Below, piece after piece: positions 16,053 through 25,005 of a DNA stretch of 25,276 bases. A program made the position numbers and the translations under genes. The stretch comes from Prasinococcaceae sp. CCMP 1430 (Eukaryota > Plantae > Prasinodermophyta): NCBI GenBank assembly GCA_013416795.1, contig RQSC01000535.1, forward strand, positions 1 through 25,276, in the 5' to 3' direction. Numbering within the stretch: the stretch's first letter is position 1; every line of letters starts with the position of its first letter. The notes beneath the pieces are model-generated. The model was given only the letters and a program-made list of their open reading frames with translations. It searched no databases and was not told the origin of the DNA.

Positions 16053-18212
16053 ATGCCAGGCACTCGCGTGCGCTCCGGCGATGTCTGGAATGCGGTGAGG
16101 GGGGGCGATGCTCGCAAGCTCAGGCGGCTGCTCCGGGCGGGCGCCGACAAGGACGAGAGTGTCGCCTCTCCTGATGGTGGCAAGTTTACGGCATTGCTTG
16201 GCGCAGCGTCGATGGGCAACGCAGACTGCGTGCGATTGCTGCTGGAGGCGGGCGCCGACCCTGACAAGGGATTCCGGGGCCCAGATGGGGTCGAGTTCTC
16301 TTCGCCTGCACACATGGCAGCTCTTAGCGGGCATGCTGACTGCCTCCGAACGCTGCTCGAGGCGGGGGCCGACCGAGACATGGAAGGCGAGGACGGACTG
16401 ACTCCTGCGCTCGTTGCGGTCGACCAAGGGTGCACCGAGTGCCTGAAAATACTGCTCGAAGCGGGCGCCGACAAGGACAAGGCAGATCGCAACGGGGACA
16501 CTCCACTGCACGTCGCCGCAAGGAAGGGGCACATTGAGTGCGTCACAGTCCTGCTCGAGGCGGGCGCCGACATTGGCAAGGGTGGACTCGGGCCGGAGGG
16601 CCCAGACGACAGCGACTGGACTGCCGCACACCATGCAGCTTCTGTGGGGGGAACCGAGTGCCTCCGTGCGCTTCTCGAGGCGGGCGCTGACAAGGACAAA
16701 AAAGCAACGAATGGGGATGCCCCTACACACATTGCAGCTTGTTGTGGGCACCCTGATTGCCTCAGACTTCTGCTCGAAGCGGGCGCCAACATTGACCGCA
16801 CCGACCACGCACTCGGCGCCACGCCACTGATATGTGCGGCAGTACGCGGCGAAACCGAGTGTGTACGAGTGCTGATCGATGCGGGCGCCGACATCGCTAT
16901 CGTCACGACGGAAGGCGAGACGGCGCTTAGCTACGCCGAGAAGTACGGCCACAACGAGGCCGCCGCCTTGCTTCGCGCTGCCACTGCGCGCGCCGCGGGC
17001 GGCCCAGGACAGGCGATGGACTTCTCGCGCATCGTGTGCGTGTGGGACGCGCCGACCGGCGAGGCGGTGCACGTGCTCGAGGGACACGAGGAGTCTGTGA
17101 TTTCGACGCGCTGGAGCCCGGACGGCTCGCGCCTGGCGTCGGCGGGCGGCGACCTAACGGTGCGCGTGTGGGACGCGTGGACCGGCGAGGCGCTGCAGGT
17201 CCTCGAGGGACACGAGGATGCTGTGGACTCAGTGTGCTGGAGCCCGGACGGCTCGCGCCTGGCGTCGGCAAGCGACGACCTAACGGTGTGCGTGTGGGAC
17301 GCGTCGACCGGCGAGGCGGTGCACGTGCTCGAGGAACACGAGGATGTGGTGAGGTCGGTGTGCTGGAGCCCGGACGGCTCGCGCCTGGCGTCGGCAAGCG
17401 CGGACGAGACGGTGCGCGTGTGGGACGCGCCGACCGGCGGGGTGCTGCAGGTCCTCGAGGGACACAAGGGAGACGTGTACCTTGCGCGCTGGAGCCCGGA
17501 CGGCTCGCGCCTGGCGTCGGCGGGCGAGGACGCGACGGTGCGCGTGTGGGACGCGTCGACCGGCGAGGCGCTGCAGGTCCTCGAGGGACACGAGGATGCT
17601 GTGGACTCAGTGTGCTGGAGCCCGGACGGCGCGCGCCTGGCGTCGGCGAGCGACGACACGACGGTGCGCGTGTGGGACGCGTCGACCGACAAGGCGGTGC
17701 ACGTGCTCAAGGGGCACGACCATTTCGTGACCTCGGTGTGCTGGAGCCCGGACGGCTCGCGCCTGGCGTCGGCGAGCCACGACAGGACGGTCCGCGTGTG
17801 GGACGCGTCGACGGGCAAGCGAGTGCGCGTGCTCGAGGGACACACGAATTTCGTGTGGTCAGTGTGCTGGAGCCCGGACGGCTCGCGCCTGGCGTCGGCG
17901 GGCTGGGACAAGACGGTGCGCGTATGGGACGCGTCGACGGGCGAGGCGGTGCACGTGCTCGAGGGACACAGCAATTCCGTGTACTCGGCGTCCTGGAGCC
18001 CGGACGGCTCGCGGCTGGCGTCGGCGAGCTTCGACAGGACGGTGCGCGTGTGGCGATTCACTTTAGGACTGCCTGGCATATACCAGCGCTTGCGCTCGCG
18101 CGAAGTCCGGAGTCGATCCACTCGAGCGCACTGGAGCACTCAAGCGGCGCACGCATGGGCTTCTAGGCGAGAGCTCGCGCGCGGCAATGGCAGCAGCTCC
18201 GCTCCTCCGTAA
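16053..18212 (+). CDS. Ankyrin-repeat (about 9) + WD40-repeat (8) protein, 719 aa
   Basis: Repeated TPLHxAA..G...C...LLEAGAD units at about 16075-16980, then eight 42-aa VWDA.TG...VLEGH....SVCWSPDGSRLASA..D.TV units. Single open frame. Confidence 0.9.
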   Translation: MPGTRVRSGDVWNAVRGGDARKLRRLLRAGADKDESVASPDGGKFTALLGAASMGNADCVRLLLEAGADPDKGFRGPDGVEFSSPAHMAALSGHADCLRTLLEAGADRDMEGEDGLTPALVAVDQGCTECLKILLEAGADKDKADRNGDTPLHVAARKGHIECVTVLLEAGADIGKGGLGPEGPDDSDWTAAHHAASVGGTECLRALLEAGADKDKKATNGDAPTHIAACCGHPDCLRLLLEAGANIDRTDHALGATPLICAAVRGETECVRVLIDAGADIAIVTTEGETALSYAEKYGHNEAAALLRAATARAAGGPGQAMDFSRIVCVWDAPTGEAVHVLEGHEESVISTRWSPDGSRLASAGGDLTVRVWDAWTGEALQVLEGHEDAVDSVCWSPDGSRLASASDDLTVCVWDASTGEAVHVLEEHEDVVRSVCWSPDGSRLASASADETVRVWDAPTGGVLQVLEGHKGDVYLARWSPDGSRLASAGEDATVRVWDASTGEALQVLEGHEDAVDSVCWSPDGARLASASDDTTVRVWDASTDKAVHVLKGHDHFVTSVCWSPDGSRLASASHDRTVRVWDASTGKRVRVLEGHTNFVWSVCWSPDGSRLASAGWDKTVRVWDASTGEAVHVLEGHSNSVYSASWSPDGSRLASASFDRTVRVWRFTLGLPGIYQRLRSREVRSRSTRAHWSTQAAHAWASRRELARGNGSSSAPP
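17034..18053 (+). repeat. Coding tandem array, 8 x 126 bp WD40 units plus a short ninth start
   Basis: Units start at 17034, 17160, 17286, 17412, 17538, 17664, 17790, 17916 and 18042 (partial). The 33-nt core CTGGAGCCCGGACGGCTCGCGCCTGGCGTCGGC is identical in 6 units, with one mismatch in units 5 and 8. Confidence 0.96.
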
Positions 18213-18619
18213 GAAGCGTGTCGTGAGACCGCTCGCGAACATCGCCGCGTCGACCGCCCTCCCTTGCCCTCCCCCCCCTTTTGGCGGTGCGGATGGGTCG
18301 CCACGGGCCGTGACATCGCTCGTAACGCACCGGCCGCGTCCGCGGCGCGGTCCATCGCGCCCCTCTTGGGCGCCGAAGTGCATGCGCGCTCACCACGGCG
18401 CTCGCGCGGCTCCGCGGTTTCGCGGTTTGTTCGGAATTCGACGCGACATGACGTGGCTTCCGGCGGCGCCGATCGCAGCTCGCGCGAACAGGGCCCGGGC
18501 GCTCGGGGCTGTGGCGGCGCGGGCGCCGCCACTCCGCCCGCTGCAGCCTCCTCCCAACACACACACGTACGCTCGCACCGCCCCTCTCTCTTCACTCTCG
18601 CTCTCGTCCATCCGCCGCG

Positions 18620-19237
18620 ATGGCGCTCCTGCGCAAGGCCTTCGCGCTGTGCGCGCTCGCGGGCGTCGCGGCGCTCGCAGCGACGGCGCCGAGCGCGCGC
18701 GCCGACGCCGAGCCCAAGGTGACGCACAAGGTGTACTTCGACATCGAGGTCAACGGCGCGGCGGCGGGCCGCGTCGTGATGGGTCTGTATGGTGATGTGG
18801 TGCCCAAGACCGTGGAGAACTTCCGCGCCCTCGCCACCGGCGAGAAGGGCGTCGGCAAGGCCGGCAAGCCGCTCCACTTCAAGAACAGCGTCTTCCACCG
18901 CATCATCCCCAACTTCATGATCCAGGGCGGCGACTTCACGCGTGGCGACGGCACCGGTGGCGAGTCTATCTACGGCGCCAAGTTCGCAGACGAGAACTTC
19001 GACCTCAAGCACACTGGCCCGGGCACTCTCTCGATGGCCAACGCCGGCCCCGGCACCAACGGCTCGCAGTTCTTCATCTGCACTGTCAAAACGCCGTGGC
19101 TCGACGGCCGCCACGTTGTCTTCGGCAAGGTCATCGAGGGCATGGACATCGTGCTCAAGATCGAGTCGCAGGGCTCCGGCTCGGGCAAGCCCAAGGCCAA
19201 GGTCGTCATCGCTGACTCGGGCGAGATCGAGGCCTAA
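18620..19237 (+). CDS. Secretory-pathway cyclophilin-type peptidyl-prolyl cis-trans isomerase (cyclophilin B-like), 205 aa
   Basis: Signal peptide [21 protein letters not shown]; [63 protein letters not shown]. Confidence 0.97.
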   Translation: MALLRKAFALCALAGVAALAATAPSARADAEPKVTHKVYFDIEVNGAAAGRVVMGLYGDVVPKTVENFRALATGEKGVGKAGKPLHFKNSVFHRIIPNFMIQGGDFTRGDGTGGESIYGAKFADENFDLKHTGPGTLSMANAGPGTNGSQFFICTVKTPWLDGRHVVFGKVIEGMDIVLKIESQGSGSGKPKAKVVIADSGEIEA

Positions 19238-19322
19238 GGCGGGTAGTTGCTGGCACACCGGTGATTGCGAGAATGGGAGGGCTGAGCTGGCCCGCTTGCT
19301 CGCCACAGGGCCAGCCACGCGC

Positions 19323-19327
19323 TGTAA
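19323..19327 (+). terminator. Possible TGTAA polyadenylation signal of the cyclophilin gene
   Basis: TGTAA about 85 nt after the stop at 19237. Confidence 0.45.
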
Positions 19328-19981
19328 GCATTGCACCGAAGGCGCGCTCTCGCTGCCGATTTTGAACATGACGGCGCTCTCCTCGCGCGCATGATTTGCA
19401 CACGTGATCGCACACCTCGCCAAAGCCACGTCGCAAGAGGATGGGGTGCAAACAGCCCTTCAAGAAATGTTAGCAAACCCCACCCGCCCCATCTGGAGGC
19501 TTGCTTCTCGTCGGCGTCGCCCTGCTCGCCGAGCTCAGCGCGCCTTGTGCGGCCTTTTGTGGCCGCGCCACCACCCCGCCACGACGACCGCTGCGAGCGG
19601 CAGCGCCTTGGTCATCTTGTGTTGTCGCTTCTCAGACTTCATCACATTTACCCACGGGCGCCTCTTTCTGGTACAGTACTTCTAGCTGGCAGAGCAGCTG
19701 CATTCCGCCTTTGTTGGCCCCCGCCGCGGCGCTTTCGTTTTGATGGGGGGCGGGCAGCCGTTTCCGTTTCCGTTCGTAGCGCGCGGTACCCCTTCGCGCC
19801 CGCGAGCGCCCCCGCGCCACGCACTCCACCCGGGCATCCGCGTCCGCGTTCGCCACAAGGAGCGCCCACGCCGGCGCGGCTGCGAGCGCGCTCGAGCGCG
19901 CCGCGTCAGGGGGCGCCTCGCACAACGCCCGCGCGCCCGCTGGCGCGAGGTCGGGCGCGTCAGCTGGCGCGGACGTGGGCC

Positions 19982-21133
19982 ATGCCCGCGCTCGCTATGG
20001 CGCTCGAGACTGACCTGGCGAGCTCCGCCGAGGCCGTGCGTGAGATCGACGCTTGCGTGAGGTCCTTCGACCGGTTCCGTGCGCAGGCTGCGGCCGTTGC
20101 TGCCGCTCAGGCTGCTGTAGCCGCCAATGCAGTCGCTGATGCTGGGGTTTCAGACGGGGGCGAGGCCGTCACCCCTGGATGCCCGGCCTCGCCGTCTCTT
20201 CTCTCCGCTCCGACGGTTTGGTCAGGCGCGCAGCCCGCCAATCGGCTCCTGAGCAGCACCTCGGCACTCACGCGCATGGCTGTGCTTGGCTCTAGAATGC
20301 ACCGAGCGCGTGACGCGCTCTTGCATGCGTCAGATGCACTCGTCGTATCAATCGGCGCCGTGACGCCAACGGCGCTCCTGGAGCGCGTCGGCATGCTCGA
20401 AAACGCGCTCGCGGAGCAGGCTGCCGCTACAGAGAAACTGAGGAGAGACGCCAAGAAGGAAGCCCTGGGCGAGCGCACCATGCGCCGCCAGGTGACTGCG
20501 GCCATCCGATGGTACGCGCTTGCGAGCAAGCTCCAAGCCAGGAAGCAGCGTTTGGAGGACGCGCGCCTTCTTAGGATCGCGCGCACGACCATCCGCACGC
20601 GTGTCGTGGCGGTCGACACTCCGCCGCTGTCACCAGAGTCCAAGGGTGGCTCGCGCCGTGGCCAGCGCGGCGGAGGTGGGGGCCGTGGCGGCCTCGGCAT
20701 TTCGGCATCGCGCGCGGGCTCGCGCACGGGCTCGCGCAGGGGTGCGCGGGCAGGCCCCGGGGCTCCTTCCCGAGCAGCCGGCGACGAGTCGGCGCCCACA
20801 CCATCGTCCGACGGCACGACGTCGCCCTGCACGACTGCACCCGGCTCTGCCGCCGCGTCACCACGCTGGGTGGTGCCCTCGCCGCCTCTGCTGCCACCGG
20901 GCGCGCGTGCACCCCCAGCCGCCTCCGCCCTCGGCGGTGGCCGTGCGGGAGGCGCCCGCGTGCCGGCGCGTCCGGAGCGAACGCGGCCTTCCGCGGAACT
21001 CGCGCGGGTCGCGCGGGTCGCGCCCGCGCGAATTACGCCGCGCGAAATCCCGAATCGCGGCCCGCGGCCGGCCGGGGGGAACGAACGAAGGCCGCGATCC
21101 GCGTGCGCAGGCGCAGTCTCTCTGCCTGACTGA
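19982..21133 (+). CDS. Hypothetical protein with helical/coiled-coil N-terminal half and low-complexity tail
   Basis: ATG in GCC-ATG context; protein-like amphipathic stretches (LLERVGMLENALAEQAAATEKLRRDAKKE). No family recognised; the 3' third may be non-coding. Confidence 0.5.
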   Translation: MPALAMALETDLASSAEAVREIDACVRSFDRFRAQAAAVAAAQAAVAANAVADAGVSDGGEAVTPGCPASPSLLSAPTVWSGAQPANRLLSSTSALTRMAVLGSRMHRARDALLHASDALVVSIGAVTPTALLERVGMLENALAEQAAATEKLRRDAKKEALGERTMRRQVTAAIRWYALASKLQARKQRLEDARLLRIARTTIRTRVVAVDTPPLSPESKGGSRRGQRGGGGGRGGLGISASRAGSRTGSRRGARAGPGAPSRAAGDESAPTPSSDGTTSPCTTAPGSAAASPRWVVPSPPLLPPGARAPPAASALGGGRAGGARVPARPERTRPSAELARVARVAPARITPREIPNRGPRPAGGNERRPRSACAGAVSLPD

Positions 21134-21596
21134 CCATCACTCCGCAGCCTCTGCCAGATCTCACAACACCGCAAAATCATCCGAGCAAAAAGCCTCACTG
21201 CGCATCATCATCACCCCGCGATCAGATTCGGCCCCGTCCCGCGCGGCGCCGAGACGCGTGTTGTTGTTTGTGCTTGGTTTTTTTGGGTCGTTCGTCGCCC
21301 GTTCCCGCTCTCGGTCGGTCGCGCGCGCGCGGGGTGTGCGGGACGCGCGGACGGGACGGGACGGGAAACGACGACGGCCGTTTTCCGGGTCGTTTCCTGG
21401 GCCGGGCGCGCCTCGCGCGCGCGCCGGACGGAGCGCCTCGCGACGCCGACGACCTGCCTGCGGGGAGGAGGAGTAGGGGAGGGGAGGGTGGCGCCTTATC
21501 TCGCGCTCGCCTGCAGCTGCTGCGGCGGCGGCTGGGCCGCGAGATGGGGGGGGAGAGGCGGGGAGGTGCGCGCGCGCGAGCGGCTGCGCGCGCAAT

Positions 21597-21633
21597 NNNN
21601 NNNNNNNNNNNNNNNNNNNNNNNNNNNNNNNNN
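21597..21633. other. Assembly gap (37 N)
   Basis: Run of N flanked by CG-repeat-rich sequence. Confidence 1.
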
Positions 21634-21641
21634 CGCGCGCC

Positions 21642-22709
21642 GTGGAAGTGCGGCGCTCGAGGCAGCGGACGGCCGCGGCGGCCGCGGCCGCCGTGGGCGT
21701 CGCGGGCAGCCTGGTGGTCACGCAGCACCAAAAACGGCGCCAGCACGCGGCCGGGGGGGGTGAACTGACGCTGGACAGCGCGACGAGGTCCAACTACGTG
21801 CCGGTCAAGAGGTTCAAGACCGCACGGGAGGCCGTGCGGCACCTGACGTCGGGCGCGCTCGCCGGCGCGCTCGCGAAGTGCCTGGAGGCCCCAGTCGACC
21901 GCATAAAGATCATCATACAGGTCTCGCCGGAGCGCTTCTCGTACGTGGCGGCTGCCCGCACCACCCGCGACATTATCGCGCGCGAGGGCGTCCGAGGGCT
22001 GTGGAAGGGCAACACTCCCGTGCTCGCACGCGTCGTCCCGTATGCGGCGATCAACTTCGCCGCGCACGACTTCGTGGCGGGGCTCCTGAGCGAGGACGGC
22101 GAGCTCTTGAGCCTCCAGATGAAGTTCGTCGCGGGTGCGGTCGCAGGCATGACGTCCACTTTGATCACGTACCCGCTCGACATGGTGCGCGCTCGCATGG
22201 CGGTGGCACCGCGCGGCTGCGAGGCGACGACCAACATGTGGAAGACGCTCCGCGGCGTGTGGCGCACGAGCGGCATCAGCGGGCTGTACGCGGGGCTCAC
22301 CCCTTCGCTCATCGGTATCGTGCCGTACTCCGGCACGACCTGGATGTGCTTCAACACTTTCAAGGAGCGCCTCGCTCGGTACAAGGGGGCGATGGAGGGA
22401 TGTGACCCCGCCAAGGTGAAGCTCACGCCATTCGAGCACGCGGTGCTCGGCGGCACCAGCGCTGTGATCGGGCAGGTCGTCTCGTACCCTCTCGACGTGT
22501 GCCGAAGGCGCATGCAGACGGCCAATCGCGCGGGGTTCGTGGCGCTCACCATGGCGGGAACCTTTCGTGACACGCTTGCCAAGGAAGGCATCAGAGGCCT
22601 GTACAAAGGCCTCAGCGTGAACTTGGTGAAGGCGCCGATCACGCACGGCATCAGCTTCGCGACCTACCACCAGATTAAGGACGGGCTCGAAAAGCGCAAC
22701 TGGCCGTAA
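21642..22709 (+). CDS. Mitochondrial carrier (SLC25), CoA/adenine-nucleotide transporter SLC25A42-like; start obscured by the gap
   Basis: Three Px[DE]xx[KR] signatures (PVDRIK, PLDMVR, PLDVCR). GNTPVLARVVPYAAINF, GIVPYSG and NLVKAPITHGISF resemble the SLC25A42/CoA carrier subfamily. Confidence 0.9.
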   Translation: MEVRRSRQRTAAAAAAAVGVAGSLVVTQHQKRRQHAAGGGELTLDSATRSNYVPVKRFKTAREAVRHLTSGALAGALAKCLEAPVDRIKIIIQVSPERFSYVAAARTTRDIIAREGVRGLWKGNTPVLARVVPYAAINFAAHDFVAGLLSEDGELLSLQMKFVAGAVAGMTSTLITYPLDMVRARMAVAPRGCEATTNMWKTLRGVWRTSGISGLYAGLTPSLIGIVPYSGTTWMCFNTFKERLARYKGAMEGCDPAKVKLTPFEHAVLGGTSAVIGQVVSYPLDVCRRRMQTANRAGFVALTMAGTFRDTLAKEGIRGLYKGLSVNLVKAPITHGISFATYHQIKDGLEKRNWP

Positions 22710-22954
22710 GCTCGCCGTCGGCGCAACGGCGACGGCGCCGACAGCACGGAGCTGCCGAGCTGCCCCCAACTGTGGCGGCCCGTGACTAATAATACCTCAT
22801 TTTTTAATACATTCATTGGCAGACGTGAGCCCCTCGCGCGCGCAACCCTGAATGATGCGCAGCGCGCGCGACGCGGCTGCTGCCGCGCGTCCGGTGTCTA
22901 CGGGGTCTTGCGCTGGCCATGTGGCAAGCGCGACCAGCGGCGTCTCGCTCGACG

Positions 22955-24769
22955 CTACAGACTGGGCTGCGCCCTCTTCTTGGCGTTCCACTTGAGGCGA
23001 GTGAGCACCTTGCTCATTTCCTTGGTCTTGTACATGCCAGGCGGAAAGCACTTGGTCACTTCGGCATAGTACGAGTCGGAGAGACAAGCCCGCTTGAAGG
23101 GCTGCGGCTCTTGGCCCTTGGCGTGCATCTCGGTCATGTGCTCCTCGTTGTTGCGTATTTCGATGAAGCGTGCGGACTCAATGAACAGCCTCTCCGAGGT
23201 GCGGTCCCACTTGAATTCGAGCTTCTTTGCGGCCGTCAGCACGGCGACCGAGGCTGCTTCGGCAGCCTTGTCGGCCGCCGACTGTTCAGAGGTGGCTTTG
23301 TCGGCGTTCCCATCTTGGAAGTCGTCCTCCTGCGACTGCTTCGCGGCGTTGCGCGCCTCCTCCGCTGCCGCGCGCGCCTTCGCTCCTGCCTCACCCAGCG
23401 TCTCGTCGACATGCTTGCGCAGAGCCTCCAACTTTCGAGACGATGCCCCGATCAGCGCCTTCCGACGCTGGCGCACCTGCGCGAGCGTGCCACAGATGTA
23501 CCTGCGGATGCCCACGTTGGCCGGCTGCACAGGAATCTCTAAAGGTGCGACGATGGGCGAGATTTCGTTGTAAACCGTCGTGTACGAGCTCTCGTCGATG
23601 CCGCCAACCTTGAGCTTGCGCTTGGCTCCGACGGCGCCCGTGTCGGCGATGAGCTCGAGCAGCGTGCGCGACATCTTGGCGCGTTTCGCCGGCGACGCGC
23701 TACCGCCAGCGTTTTTGGGAGGCAGCTTGGCTCGCCGCTCCATTTCAGCAGCGACGGCCTCCTTCAGCTTGGGGAGGATGTCCTTGAGCTTCGTGCCTAC
23801 CGCCGGCAGGCGGGGAGGAGGCGGGATTTTGATGCCCACCGTCTCCGCCGCGCTGTCGACCGCGGTCATGGTCTGGCTACCGTACTGTTCGCCCCCGACC
23901 GAGCGCCCGTCCGGAGACGTTACGACTGGCCACGCCTGGACCGTGTCCCCGCCTCCAACCTTGGCCTTCTTGGATGCCTTGCCGCCGCCCTTGCCCTTGC
24001 CCTTGCGCTTGAGAGGAGAGGCAGCTGCGGCCGCCGCGGCGGCCGCCGCAATGCGCGCGGCGCCCTTCTCGTTGACGGTAGTCTCGAGCGCCCCAGCGTT
24101 GACGAAGAAGCCGTCGTACTTGGTGTCGACGGCGGCGTTCTCCGCCGCGGCGTCCATCTCGTCGTACAGCTCCTCGTCATCGATGAAGGAGTCATCTGTG
24201 TCGTAGAACGAGTCATTGGAGTTCTCGCCCTTCTTCCCGCCACCCTTGCCCCCACCCGCGCCTCCCGCGTCGCCAGGGGCAGCATCCACGCCGCCTGTGG
24301 CATCGGCACCCGCGCCCGCGTCTCCGCCGTCGTCAGACGCGTCCGAGCCGCGACTCCGCTGCCCGGCAGCAGCGTACATCCGCTCGAACTTGGTGATGAC
24401 CCCAAGCATGGAAAACTTTGCGGGCTTGGCGCCCGCACCCCCGGGCGATTCTTTGCCTGCTGCGTCCGGGGCGCCTGCGGGCGCATCAAAGGCGCCGGAG
24501 GCTCCCGCCCCACCGCCCATGCGAGCCTCCAGCGCCGCTACGGCCGCCGCTGCGTCATCGCCGCCTCCTGCCGCGTCCGCTGCCGCCGCCGCCGCTGCGC
24601 CACCGCTGCCGATGCGCAGGCCCCCGACGGACTTGGCGTTGGCATGCTTGCCCGCCAACAGCTTCCTCCACGATATGATGTTCGGCGCCGACGTGTCGGT
24701 CTCGGTGGTGAGCGACACCTCGAACCGCGGCAGCGTCACCGCCGCCGCGGCCGCCCGCCCACCTCCCAT
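22955..24769 (-). CDS. UBN1: Ubinuclein/HPC2-like subunit of the HIRA histone H3.3 chaperone complex, 604 aa
   Basis: HUN/HRD motif YDTDDSFIDDEEL...GFFVNAG; plant-type blocks RFEVSL...IISWRKLL and VITKFERMY; C-terminal KWD...YAEVTKCFPPGM. Confidence 0.88.
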   Translation of the reverse strand: MGGGRAAAAAVTLPRFEVSLTTETDTSAPNIISWRKLLAGKHANAKSVGGLRIGSGGAAAAAAADAAGGGDDAAAAVAALEARMGGGAGASGAFDAPAGAPDAAGKESPGGAGAKPAKFSMLGVITKFERMYAAAGQRSRGSDASDDGGDAGAGADATGGVDAAPGDAGGAGGGKGGGKKGENSNDSFYDTDDSFIDDEELYDEMDAAAENAAVDTKYDGFFVNAGALETTVNEKGAARIAAAAAAAAAASPLKRKGKGKGGGKASKKAKVGGGDTVQAWPVVTSPDGRSVGGEQYGSQTMTAVDSAAETVGIKIPPPPRLPAVGTKLKDILPKLKEAVAAEMERRAKLPPKNAGGSASPAKRAKMSRTLLELIADTGAVGAKRKLKVGGIDESSYTTVYNEISPIVAPLEIPVQPANVGIRRYICGTLAQVRQRRKALIGASSRKLEALRKHVDETLGEAGAKARAAAEEARNAAKQSQEDDFQDGNADKATSEQSAADKAAEAASVAVLTAAKKLEFKWDRTSERLFIESARFIEIRNNEEHMTEMHAKGQEPQPFKRACLSDSYYAEVTKCFPPGMYKTKEMSKVLTRLKWNAKKRAQPSL

Positions 24770-24951
24770 CGCCCCACCCCAGCGGTCGCGCGTGCGCGTG
24801 CGTGCCGCCGCGCCTGCCGCTCCTCCCGCCCCAGCAGCCCCCGTCCCCCAGCCCGCCCTGCGGCACGTCCGACCGCTCCGCCGCTGCGCCGGCCGCTCCG
24901 CCGCGCGGCCCTTCCCGCCTGGACCCCGGGGCGCCCTCGGCTCGCTCTCTG

Positions 24952-24952
<1 letters not shown>

Positions 24953-25003
<51 letters not shown>
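24953..25003. repeat. Poly-C homopolymer (51 nt)
   Basis: Read directly; lies upstream of the ubinuclein ATG. Length may be a sequencing or assembly artefact. Confidence 0.85.

Positions 25004-25005
<2 letters not shown>

Noticed and set aside
17034-18053. CRISPR-like array (33-nt constant core at 126-bp period) or DGR variable region
   Set aside because: The intervening sequences are homologous to each other and in frame as WD40 blades. No cas genes, reverse transcriptase or separate template repeat are present.
19440-19475. WGANSPSRNV as the missing RPL4 3' exon
   Set aside because: The WG-to-RN spacing is far too short, and there is no downstream L4 similarity.
19530-19650. Box C/D snoRNA on the minus strand (GTGATGA...CTGA); similar boxes near 4860-5000
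   Set aside because: No convincing terminal stem or rRNA-complementary guide was recognised. A covariance-model search would be needed.
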